The notes beneath the pieces are model-generated. The model was not told the origin of the DNA, searched no databases, and saw only the letters and a list, made by a program, of their open reading frames with translations. This document shows positions 41,256 through 53,575 of a stretch of 64,000 bases of DNA, one piece after another. Numbering within the stretch: position 1 is the first letter of the stretch; each line of letters begins with the position of its first letter. The DNA lies in the NCBI GenBank assembly GCA_951406725.2, contig OX597832.1, positions 57,474,001 to 57,538,000 on the forward strand. Direction: 5' to 3'. Both the position numbers and the translations under genes were made by a program. The DNA comes from Octopus vulgaris (Eukaryota).

Positions 41256-41854
41256 TATATATATAAACACACATGTACGTATGCATAATATACATGTCTC
41301 TGTTTTCAGTTACATCACATTTTAACCTCTTAACATAGTTGTTAAATATGGAAGCTAAAATTACATTTTGACACATTTCCTGTAATTGTTACATTTATTT
41401 TATTGCTGTTTCAAATCCGTTTACTTTGTGCTAACACCAACACACGAGTTTCGTTTCATTTCTCATTGTCTCATTCTCAATATCTTGCAGACGGTTACGA
41501 AATTGAGAAAAGAGGTAGAGAGGAGGCAGGGGAAAGACTGCTGCTCATTTATATTACATCTTGTAACGTCTGTGTCAAACCCAGCACATCTGTTCCACAT
41601 TGGTCACCTTATATTCGTTAATAATGAACAAATGTGTCTTACTTATAACATCTTATTTTGTTGTTTGAAAGTATTAATCATTTGGCGTGCCATTTGATTC
41701 AATTCTGTGCCCCTCGTCATAGAAACCATTTCAAACTTTATCCTGTATCAATTAATTCCTTTTGACATCTTTCTGAAAGTTTTCTATGTCAAAACCTCAG
41801 TTCTGCAATGACTGAATAGATGGCGCCTAAAAATATGCTTGTTTACTTAAATAC

Positions 41855-42393
<539 letters not shown>

Positions 42394-42689
42394 ATAATGC
42401 TTATAATGTATTTACTTGTGGTCAGATTATTATAAAAATTGACAGTATCATTTATCTGTTATCTTTTACCTGATTCAGTCATTAGACTGCGGCCATACTG
42501 GGGCACTGCCATGAATTTTTAGCCGAATGAATCAACTCCAGTACTTATTTTCTGTTAAGCATGATACTTATTCTAGCGGTCTCTTTCGCTAAACTACAGG
42601 AACGTAAACACACCAACACCGGTTGTCAAGTGGTGACGGGGGACAAACACAGACATGCACACATAGATATATAGGGTTGGCACACCCTA

Positions 42690-42905
42690 TATAGACACAC
42701 CATGCTTGTGTTGTGTAGATGCACCACGCCCGTGCTGTGTATACACACTGCCAGTACTGTGTAGATGCACTGCGCCAGTGCTGCATTGATGCACTGTGCC
42801 AGTGCAGCATAGACACACTGTGCCAGTGCTGCATAGATTCACCATGACTGTGCTGCAAGGATGCACCATGCCAGTGCTGGGTAGATGCACCATGCCTGTG
42901 GCATG
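42690..42905. repeat. ~24-bp minisatellite at the 5' side of a family D element
   Basis: Unit ~TAGATGCACCATGCCAGTGCTG[T/C]; family D body follows at 42920-43090; related ~25-bp array at 58980-59215. Confidence 0.8.
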
Positions 42906-43271
42906 TAGCTTGCATTCAGCACACTGTATAAAGTGTTTGGTGTTAGGAAGGGCATCCAGCTGTAGAAACCATGCCACAACAGACACTTGGTGTCTGGATA
43001 GGTCCCTGGTTGGTCGGCTCCTATCAACCCATGCCAGCATGGAAAGCAGACATTAAACGATGATGATGGTGGTGGTGATGATGATGATGATGATAAACAA
43101 AAGCATGAAGAATTAACTGGCACTCCTTTGGTTATGGCAAGTGTTCCAGTCGATCTGATCTACAGAACAATTTACTCCTGAAATCAACGTGCAACTGACC
43201 TGGCTGAGTACTCCACAGTACCTACCTTGTAGTTCTCTGGGAGATTCAGTGTGACATAAAATGTGACAAGC

Positions 43272-43538
43272 CTGATAAATACCAAGGTTGACTACTTTAT
43301 CATAACCTTGCTGTTGTGTGTTTTTAGACCTGCTGGGTATCATGCCTGTAAAATATTGTTGCTACTGAGGTGTACCTGACTTCATTTCATCTCACATAAA
43401 AAACATTGCTATTCTGCTTCAGGGAAACTAAAATTATGTCTTTAGAGAAATTTATGGTTGGTTTACCTTCGAGTTTTGTGAGCGAATAAGGCACCTTCTG
43501 TTTGGTCATTCAACTGGTAATGCAGGGATGTCTAACTT
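43272..43538. repeat. 267-bp copy of 44579-44849 inserted inside a SINE
   Basis: Near-identical direct repeat (2 substitutions, 1-bp and 3-bp indels); splits the SINE at 43110-43635. Confidence 0.95.
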
Positions 43539-43782
43539 TGAATTATGGCCACAACTCATTTTTGAGTGAAATAAAGTGTCTTACTCAAGGACACAATGTA
43601 CCACTGGGAATCTAACTCACAACCTTATGATTGTGATGTAGAATATCAGGCCGAAAATCTCCTGTGAATGGAAAAAGTTGATGGTTGGCCATGAAATTCC
43701 AGCTGTTTTCCATCCAAAGGGTTTTTTTTCAAATCTCTCAATGTCTAAATTCTTATAATATAATAATATAAAAATAAAATGT

Positions 43783-44250
43783 TTAACCCCTTCTTTACTG
43801 TATTTATTTTGAGATGCTCCGTGTTTCTTTCAATTAATTTTAAATATAACAAAGAATTTAGTAAAATAACTTAGTTATCATTGAGCTAGTGTTAGGAAAA
43901 TAAATTGTGACTAAGGTTTGGTGGAAGAATTTAATTCAAAAACATGAAAACAAGACATTTGTACACAGAGCTAGAGGCAGTTTCAGCCGAGTTGGTAACA
44001 GAAGGGTTAAGAATTGTCTTTCTATTATATGTTTTAACCCTTTTGTTCCCATATTTCTGTTGAGATGCTCTGTGGTTCTTTCATTTAATTTAAAATATAG
44101 CAAATCATTTAGTAAAAGAACTTAGTTATCATTAAGCTAGTGTCAGGAACATAAATTGTGACTAAGTTTTGGTGGAAGATTTTAACTGAAAACAAGACAT
44201 TTTTACTACAGAGCCAGAGGTGGTTTCAGACAGGTTGGCAACGAAAGTGA
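43783..44250 (-). mobile_element. Dimer of piggyBac-type MITEs, inverted relative to 13118-14276
   Basis: TTAACCCC...GAAGGGTTAA (43783-44010), 23-bp spacer, then TTAACCC at 44034. Confidence 0.9.
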
Positions 44251-44295
44251 CTCTACATGGTGTTTTGGTTCCTTTCTTAGAATTTTGGTTTAGAC

Positions 44296-44571
44296 TTGTG
44301 GTTCTTAACTATTTTCTACCTATGGACCCCTTTGATGCCTATTTTATTCAAGTGGACCCTAATAACCCATTCTATGTTTCAAAATTTTCTATTATTATTT
44401 TCATAATTAAATATTATTAGAAACTGTATATAAAATATTGTTATATATTTTGCATAATGAAGAAATGTAACCAAATTTGTGCAGATAAATTTTAAGATCA
44501 AAATCTTCTGTGGACCTCCAAGGATCATGTAAACCTCCTAGGGACATATGGACCCTTGTTGAGAACTACTG
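44296..44571. mobile_element. hAT-like MITE
   Basis: Ends GTGGTTCTTAAC / GTTGAGAACTACTG resemble CAGTGGTTCTCAA-type TIRs; subterminal GGACCC motifs; similar ends at 55606-55908 and ~56484. Confidence 0.6.
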
Positions 44572-46679
44572 ATTTCGACTGATAAATACCAAGGTTGACT
44601 ACTTTATCATAACCTTGCTGTTCTGTATTTTTAGACCTGCTGGGTATCATGCCTGTAAAATATTGTTGCTACTGAGGTGTACCTGACTTCATTTCATCTC
44701 ACATAAAAAAACATTGCTATTCTGCTTCAGGGAAACTAAAATTATGTCTTTAGAGAAATTTATGGTTGGTTTACCTTCATAGAGTTTTGTGAGCGAATAA
44801 GGCACCTTCTGTTTGGTCATTCAACTGGTAATGCAGGGATGTCTAACTTGTTTGGTTTTGTGGGTTGGATTCAAGCTGAAACTAGATCTTGTCGGCTGGA
44901 TAGGTACAATTATTTTTAAAAACCTTATTTGTGGTGTAGATATAAAAAAAAAAGGAAAAATGGATAAAGGGGTCAGTATGCATTATGACAACTTTATTAA
45001 GAATAAATAAAAGAAAGATATGCGGTGTTTGCAAAAATTGTATGCAGAGATGTGCACGGAGGAAAAAAAAATTCCTTCCAGATGAGGGTGTATAGGCTTA
45101 TTGCGTAAATGTCCTTTGAGTGAGAACTGATAAGAATTTTCCAAATGAATACCTGCTGTTCTTAAGAAGAGCAATGCTTGACAGAAAACTTGCAGTTTCT
45201 CTACTGCAAAATCTGTCAACATCATTTATGCTACTAGAATCCAGTTGGACAAACACACACAAATTTCGAGAAAAAAGCAAAAAATGTATGAAAATATACA
45301 AACAAAAAGAAAAAGCAAAAAAAAAAGAAACAAATATCCATTTGGCTTGTCCTGTGGAGGGGGACAAAGTGAAGGGGAAATAGGTCACATGTCATCGTGT
45401 GGATTCATAATCATTTTCATTTGTTGAGATAACACGGTTCCCGAAGGTGTACTTATTTGATTAATTGGAATCTGTGTTAATTATGGATTTAATCAGGCGT
45501 TGATTCTGGGAACATGCTAGTAATATTTAGTTTTATATATTTTATAGAATGCTTAAAAATGAGAAAAAACAAAAAAATAGTGAAAATCTATTTTATAAAC
45601 ATTGCTGCAGGTAGGATCTGGCTTTTGGGCAATATGTTTGACACCCCAGTGCTAAGAAATCCCTTATACTGTACCTCTTTTTGAATAAAACAGGCTAGGG
45701 TACATTAGATAATGTAATCCTAGATACACCATGCTTGACAAATAAAAAAAAAGCAAGCAAACAAACAAAAAGATGGGATGGTCATAGCTGGACTAACTTT
45801 CATCAGGGCTGATCTCAAGGTTAAAAACCAACAACAATAACCTAAATTTTTGGTGCTGTTGGATATTTCTTGATGTATTAAGTATTATTGATATTTCCTA
45901 ACCATAAGCTATTCCTCAATCACATTTGGTAAATTGTCTTTGTATTTGAAAGAATTTCACTGGCTTTGTGTGCCTTTGCATGGAATGTTAATATTTATGA
46001 TGAAGCCATATCAGTTTCTTGTGCGTTCTTCTCTATATAGACTGCCTGATTGGATTTCTCCACAAATTCCCTTTCATCTCTCTTACCTTAATGCAATCCA
46101 CATCATATGACAGAATATTAAACCATAAGGCAAGAAGGACATACAAAGTGAAAAATTGGATTTCAAAAGCTTGATATGCAACATATGTGAAGCCTAAAGA
46201 AACAGATACTGCAAAAGACTTTTACAGGACTGTTGTTTCTTAACCCCGAGTAAGCTCTCAATGAACAGACCTATTATGAAAAGTATTCCAGCCATGCCTG
46301 TGCCATTTAGCGTTCCAAATATTATGTATTTAGGTCTGTAATGTGTAATTTGTGGAGACATATGGCCTAGTGACTAGAGCAGTGGACTTGCAGTTGAGAG
46401 AGTGTGGGTTCAATTCTCAGTCCGGGCTATGTGTGTGTTTATGAGGGAAACACCTAAGCTCCACGTGGCTTCAGCAGAAGGTAATGGTGAACCTTTGCTG
46501 ACTCTTTTGCCACAACTTTCTCTCATTCTCTCCTCCTGTATCTAGCAGCTCACCTGTGACAGACTGGCGTCCCATCCAGGTGGGGAACCTATACAGTATT
46601 GAAACCAGTCATGGCTCGAGAAAGAACAAACAACAACATGTAATTGGCTCTTCTTTAATTAGTAATTTATAGTGTTCTC

Positions 46680-46986
46680 CATTGGTTATGATAACGTGGA
46701 CTCCAGTTGAACCGATCAATGGAACAGCCTGCTTTGTGAAATTGGCTGAGCACTCCACAGACATGCATACCCTTAAGGTAGTCCTCGGGGAGATTCAGCA
46801 TGACACAGAGTGTGACAAGACTGGCTGCTTTGAATTACAGGTGCCACTCGTTTTTGTCAGCTGATTGGATGGGTGCAATGTGAAATAGAGTTTCTTGCTC
46901 AAGGACAAGGTCTGGCACAGCTGGGAATCGAACTCACAACCTTATGAGCATAGGCTGAATATTCCAACCCCAAAGCCACATGGCTT
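46680..46986 (-). mobile_element. tRNA-derived SINE (B-type head, alternative body)
   Basis: GGGAATCGAACTC is the reverse complement of a B box; TTGCTCAAGGACA; body shared with 7165-7350. Confidence 0.75.
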
Positions 46987-47229
46987 CGTGTGTGTGTTTG
47001 TGTTTGTCACCCACCATTACTTGACAACCAATGTTGGTTTATTTGCACTCCCATTACTTAGCGACTTGGCAAAAAGGGTTTGATAGAATAAATACTACTT
47101 TTTTTTTTAATTCTGAGACTGATCAAAATAACAGAATGATGGGATGGCCACAATCAGGAGGCCTTTGGATGCAGGTTTTGTATGTAAGGGTTTGCTTTAT
47201 ATTTACATAAAGACTTAGGTCTCCCGTGA

Positions 47230-47502
47230 GCTACTAGGGCTTATAAAGCTGGAGATTAATCTGGTTTCCGTGGCGATTATGTGAATGAGCTTACAACACT
47301 CCCTTCCCGACTGGGATCTCAGTCCCTCACAGGATTAACTCCCTGGCTATTGTTGGAACTCATTTACAGTCAAGTGGACTGACGTGATGTGAAATCAAGT
47401 GTTTTGCTCAAGAACGGAATGTAGCACCGAGTCTAGGAATTGAAACCACAATCTTACAATCATAAGAGCAGCACTGTAAACACTTAGGCCCTGTGTCTTC
47501 AC
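47230..47502 (-). mobile_element. Decayed V-domain-like SINE, apparent founder of the adjacent satellite
   Basis: Body GGTTTCCGTGGCG...GGGATCTCAGTCCCTCACAGG...CTCATTTACAG continues into a head (47385-47502) homologous to the satellite unit. Confidence 0.7.
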
Positions 47503-50500
47503 ATTTATATAAAAACCGGATTAAATTCTGTCTGTTTGGAGGGTTAATGCATTTCTAAATAGCAGCCTGAGTTGAAATGTTTTGTACAAGAACACAACAC
47601 ACTGTTTAGTCTGAGAATTGAAACTGCAATCTTACAATCATAAGAGCAGCACATGCTTTCACATTTATTTAAAAACCAGATTGAATTCTGTCTGTTGGGA
47701 GAGTTAAAGGATTTCCAAATATCCAAACAGCAACGTGAAATGACATGTTTAAATGTTTTGCTGAAGAACACACTGTAACTGTATACCTGGGAATTGAAAC
47801 CTGATTCTCATGATCATGAGTGCAACACCCTAATTAGGTCTTGTGCCTTCACATTTATATAAAAGCCAGATTAAATTCTGTCTGTTTGGAGAGTTAAAGG
47901 ATTTCCAAATAGCAGCATGTGATGAAATGTTTTGCTGGAGAACACTATGCCATACCCAGCCTGGGAATTGAAACCACAATCTTGCAATCATTAGAGAAGC
48001 ACTGTAACCACTTAGGCCATGTGCCTGTGCATTTATTTAAAAACCAGATTAAATTCTGTCTGTTTGGAGAGTTAAAGGATTTCCAAATAGCAGCATGTGA
48101 TGAAATGTTTTGCTTGAGAACACTATGCCATACCCAGCCCAGGAACTGAAACCACAATCTTGCAATCATTAGAGAAGCACTGTAACCACTTAGGCCATGT
48201 GCCTCCACATTTATTTAAAAACCAGATTAAATTCTGTCTGTTTGGAGAGTTAAAGGATTTCCAAATAGCAGCATGTGATGAAATGTTTTGCTTGAGAACA
48301 CTATGCCATACCCAGCCTGGGAATTGAAACCACAATCTTGCAATCATTAGAGAAGCACTGTAACCACTTAGGCCATGTGCCTCCACATTTATTTAAAAAC
48401 CAGATTAAATTCTGTCTGTTTGGAGAGTTAAAGGATTTCCAAATAGCAGCATGTGATGAAATGTTTTGCTTGAGAATACTATGCCATACCCAGCCTGGGA
48501 ATTGAAACCACAATCTTGCAATCATTAGAGAAGCACTGTAACCACTTAGGCCATGTGCCTCCACATTTATTTAAAAACCAGATTAAATTCTGTCTGTTTG
48601 GAGAGTTAAAGGATTTCCAAATAGCAGCATGTGATGAAATGTTTTGCTGGAGAACACTATGCCATACCCAGCCTGGGAATTGAAACCACAATCTTGCAAT
48701 CATTAGAGAAGCACTGTAACCACTTAGGCCATGTGCCTCCACATTTATTTAAAAACCAGATTAAATTCTGTCTGTTTGGAGAGTTAAAGGATTTCCAAAT
48801 AGCAGCATGTGATGAAATGTTTTGCTTGAGAACACTATGCCATACCCAGCCTGGGAATTGAAACCACAATCTTGCAATCATTAGAGAAGCACTGTAACCA
48901 CTTAGGCCATGTGCCTCCACATTTATTTAAAAACCAGATTAAATTCTGTCTGTTTGGAGAGTTAAAGGATTTCCAAATAGCAGCATGTGATGAAATGTTT
49001 TGCTTGAGAACACTATGCCATACCCAGCCTGGGAATTGAAACCACAATCTTGCAATCATTAGAGAAGCACTGTAACCACTTAGGCCATGTGCCTCCACAT
49101 TTATTTAAAAACCAGATTAAATTCTGTCTGTTTGGAGAGTTAAAGGATTTCCAAATAGCAGCATGTGATGAAATGTTTTGCTTGAGAACACTATGCCATA
49201 CCCAGCCTGGGAATTGAAACCACAATCTTGCAATCATTAGAGAAGCACTGTAACCACTTAGGCCATGTGCCTCCACATTTATTTAAAAACCAGATTAAAT
49301 TCTGTCTGTTTGGAGAGTTAAAGGATTTCCAAATAGCAGCATGTGATGAAATGTTTTGCTTGAGAACACTATGCCATACCCAGCCTGGGAATTGAAACCA
49401 CAATCTTGCAATCATTAGAGAAGCACTGTAACCACTTAGGCCATGTGCCTCCACATTTATTTAAAAACCAGATTAAATTCTGTCTGTTTGGAGAGTTAAA
49501 GGATTTCCAAATAGCAGCATGTGATGAAATGTTTTGCTTGAGAACACTATGCCATACCCAGCCTGGGAATTGAAACCACAATCTTGCAATCATTAGAGAA
49601 GCACTGTAACCACTTAGGCCATGTGCCTCCACATTTATTTAAAAACCAGATTAAATTCTGTCTGTTTGGAGAGTTAAAGGATTTCCAAATAGCAGCATGT
49701 GATGAAATGTTTTGCTTGAGAACACTATGCCATACCCAGCCTGGGAATTGAAACCACAATCTTGCAATCATTAGAGAAGCACTGTAACCACTTAGGCCAT
49801 GTGCCTCCACATTTATTTAAAAACCAGATTAAATTCTGTCTGTTTGGAGAGTTAAAGGATTTCCAAATAGCAGCATGTGATGAAATGTTTTGCTTGAGAA
49901 CACTATGCCATACCCAGCCTGGGAATTGAAACCACAATCTTGCAATCATTAGAGAGGCACTGTAACCACTTAGGCCATGTGCCTGCACATTTATTTAAAA
50001 ACCAGATTAAATTCTGTCAGTTTGGAGAGTTAAAGGATTCCCAAATAGCAGCATGTGATGATATGTTTTGCTGGAGAACACTATGCCATACCCAGCCTGG
50101 GAATTGAAACCACAATCTTGCAATCATTAGAGAAGCACTGTAACCACTTAGGCCATGTGCCTCCACATTTATTTAAAAACCAGATTAAATTCTGTCTGTT
50201 TGGAGAGTTAAAGGATTTCCAAATAGCAGCATGTGATGAAATGTTTTGCTTGAGAACACTATGCCATACCCAGCCTGGGAATTGAAACCACAATCTTGCA
50301 ATCATTAGAGAAGCACTGTAACCACTTAGGCCATGTGCCTCCACATTTATTTAAAAACCAGATTAAATTCTGTCTGTTTGGAGAGTTAAAGGATTTCCAA
50401 ATAGCAGCATGTGATGAAATGTTTTGCTTGAGAACACTATGCCATACCCAGCCTGGGAATTGAAACCACAATCTTGCAATCATTAGAGAAGCACTGTAAC

Positions 50501-51195
50501 CACTTAGGCCATGTGCCTGCACATTTATTTAAAAACCAGATTAAATTCTGTCAGTTTGGAGAGTTAAAGGATTTCCAAATAGCAGCATGTGATGAAATGT
50601 TTTGCTTGAGAACACTATGCCATACCCAGCCTGGGAATTGAAACCACAATCTTGCAATCATTAGAGAAGCACTGTAACCACTTAGGCCATGTGCCTCCAC
50701 ATTTATTTAAAAACCAGATTAAATTCTGTCTGTTTGGAGAGTTAAAGGATTTCCAAATAGCAGCATGTGATGAAATGTTTTGCTTGAGAACACTATGCCA
50801 TACCCAGCCTGGGAATTGAAACCACAATCTTGCAATCATTAGAGAGGCACTGTAACCACTTAGGCCATGTGCCTGCACATTTATTTAAAAACCAGATTAA
50901 ATTCTGTCAGTTTGGAGAGTTAAAGGATTCCCAAATAGCAGCATGTGATGATATGTTTTGCTGGAGAACACTATGCCATACCCAGCCTGGGAATTGAAAC
51001 CACAATCTTGCAATCATTAGAGAAGCACTGTAACCACTTAGGCCATGTACCTGCACATTTATTTAAAAACCAGATTAAGTTCTGTCAGTTTGGAGAGTTA
51101 AAAGATTCCCAAATTGCAATGTGAGTTATTGCCCGGGTCTGGTAATTGAACCCACAATCCTATGATCTGTTTGCGGAGTTAATGGCTTTCCAAAC
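47385..51195 (-). repeat. 178-bp satellite derived from a SINE head; ~18 near-identical units plus 3-4 diverged edge units
   Basis: CTATGCCATACC recurs every 178 bp from 47945 to 50971; minus unit is GGAGGCACATGGCCTAAGTGG...GGTTTCAATTCC...GTGTTCTCAAGCAAAACA plus ~65 bp of flank. Confidence 0.98.
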
Positions 51196-52181
51196 AAATG
51201 TTTAAATTTGAATATGAAAATACCATTTCCATTTGGTTAATCACAGTAAGTTTGTTATATTTGTATTCTGTAGAAAATTACCAAGAAAGTTCTGTTCCCG
51301 ATTCTATTTTCACTTCATCAGTCACACCTAGATGAGCTAATTAAAAATAATTACCTTGAAGGGAGGTGGAAAGAAAAGTGTGAATGTCACAACTTCTTAT
51401 TTACTTTACCCTCCACCCTCTGCACGCACTTCTATTAATATGAGACATTCTGAGATATTTTCCTTATTTATACGGAAGAAATAATTATCATGGGGAAAAA
51501 AAAATAAAAAGAACACAAAAACCGTCATCAATATCTTTTGGACTGCATTCTATTTATTATTTTTTACACAAGTTTTATGCCAACCCTTTCCTTTTATCTC
51601 CTCTCGAATCCTTTTGTAACTATTTTAAAAATATTTTCCATCAGTTTTCATAAAGGAGAGAAAGTAAAAAAAAAACTAGAATGTTGTTTCCCCTACCATG
51701 GCTTATTTTAGAGGGGGAGGGCAATGAAGTGGTGACTCACATTCCACTCCTCTTTCTTTCCTCCTATCACCTCATTCTCTCCCCCTATTGCACTCTCTCG
51801 CCCTTTTGCCCCCCCCCTTCTCCCCCTTTTTCATTTTAGTTTTCTAATACAATGTTATTGTCTAATATTTAGGGATCCTTGTTGTAGAGATTTCTGTTCC
51901 TTTTGTTTATATTTTGTTTTTATTTTGTGTCCCCTTTTTCTTCCCCTCACCTTTTGACCCTTTCTTTATTATTAGAGGGAATCCTAATTTTTTTTTCTTA
52001 ACTCTACAATAATCATCTCTAATAATTGTAATATTAACAATCTGTTCTAATTCTAGCACAATGCCTGCAATTGTGAGGGAGTGGTGGTGGGGGTGATTAT
52101 ATCAACCCCCAATACATGACAGGTACTTTATTATACTGACATCAAATGGAGGAGAAGCCAAGTCAGGTGCAGCAGGATTTC

Positions 52182-52328
52182 TGTGGCGGGGTGGAAAGAG
52201 GTTTGCTTCCCAACAACATGGTTCCAGGTTCAGTCCCACTGCATGGCAGTCTTCTACTATAACCTCAGGTCAACCAAAGACTTGGAAATGGATTTGGGAG
52301 ATGGAAACTGAAAGAAGCCTGTCATATA

Positions 52329-52371
<43 letters not shown>

Positions 52372-52610
52372 ATGTGTGTGTGTGCATGTATGTGTGTGTG
52401 TTTGTCCCCCACCCTGACTCCCCGCTTGACGGCCAGTGTTGATGTATTTTATTCCTGTAACTTAGCGGTTCAGCAAAAGAGACTGATAAAATAAGTACCA
52501 GGTTTTAAAAGAAAGTACTGGGCTCAATGAGTTCAATAAAAAGTAATTCTTCAAGGTGGTGTCCCAGCATGGCCACAGTCTAATGACTGAAACATGCAGA
52601 AGCTAAAAGA
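52182..52610 (+). mobile_element. Family C SINE
   Basis: GGTTCAGTCCCACTGC, internal (TG)n, 3' part ending ATGACTGAAAC. Confidence 0.8.
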
Positions 52611-52859
52611 GAACAGACGCAATCATATTTGCATCAAGATCTGAAATACTGTGTTGAAACTGTAGCTTGAGATGTCTTGAGAATGTCTTCAGTGAATTTG
52701 AATGGAAATGAAGAAATAGCTTTTGGATTCTACAGTTCTACACAACAGCCTCCTAAGTAGACCAAGTGCAGATATGACTAGCATATGGGAACCGGTATGA
52801 AGGAAGGATAGAAAAATGTTAGATTTATAAGCGCTAAAATTCACTGCATAATTGCCCAC

Positions 52860-53160
52860 GGCCATATGGCGTAGTGGTTAAGAGTGTGGGCTACTAACCC
52901 CAAGATTCCGAGTTTGATTCCAAGCAGTGACCTGAATAATAATAATAATAATTGTTTTATTTGTTTCAGTCATTTGACTGTAGCCATGCTGGAGCACCGC
53001 CTTTAGTCGAGCAAATTGACCCCAGGACTTATTCTTTGTAAGCCTAGTACTTATTTTATTGGTCTATCTTACTGAACCGCTAAGTGACGGGGGCTGTAAA
53101 CACACCAGCATCGGTTGTCAAGCGATGTTGGGGGGACAGACACAGACACACAAACATATG

Positions 53161-53207
<47 letters not shown>

Positions 53208-53575
53208 TATGGGCTTCTTTTCAGTTTCCATCTACCAAATCCACTCGCGAGGCTTTGGTCGGCCCAAGGCTACAGTAGAAAGCACCTGCCCAAGGTGCCA
53301 TGCAGTGGGACTGAACCCAGAACCATGTGGTTGGTAAGCAAGCTACTTACGACACAGCCACTCCTGCGCCTATAATAATAATAATAATAATGACATCGAA
53401 AAATACCTCAGGAATGAGAACCCAGGTTCAAAATTTCCCCAAGACCCCTGATGAAGGCTGGAGGGTATATCAACCAAAACATTGTGTTAACAAACAAGAT
53501 AAGGACAAATATCTGTCAAATGTAAATAATGTGAATAATGTACATAATTCCTCATCTCTTAAATATAGAACTGTA
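52860..53575 (+). mobile_element. tRNA-headed element with hammerhead-like tail, interrupted by a family C SINE (52953-53371, -)
   Basis: 74-nt tRNA-like head 52860-52933 (TGGCGTAGTGG, loop CTACTAA, GAGTTTGATTCC); (AAT)n on both sides of the insert; CTGATGA-AGGCTG...CAACC-AAAAC at 53448-53480. Confidence 0.7.

Noticed and set aside
43272-44849. LTR/TRIM element with 267-bp LTRs
   Set aside because: No TG...CA ends, PBS, PPT or TSD; the interior is the rest of a split SINE plus MITEs.
47945-50878. Repeated 87-aa ORF MEAHGLSGYS...
   Set aside because: Read-through of a 178-bp satellite (not a multiple of 3) made from SINE and flank; the start is GTG, not ATG.
47385-51195. CRISPR-like or tRNA gene array
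   Set aside because: No unique spacers, no cas genes, eukaryotic context; the unit has promoter boxes but no complete cloverleaf.
51786-51803. miR-92-like TATTGCACTC sequence
   Set aside because: Lies in a pyrimidine tract with no complementary arm at pre-miRNA distance.
52860-52933. Functional tRNA gene (anticodon ACT)
   Set aside because: Acceptor, D and T stems pair poorly, no oligo-T terminator, and it continues into a retroelement-like tail.
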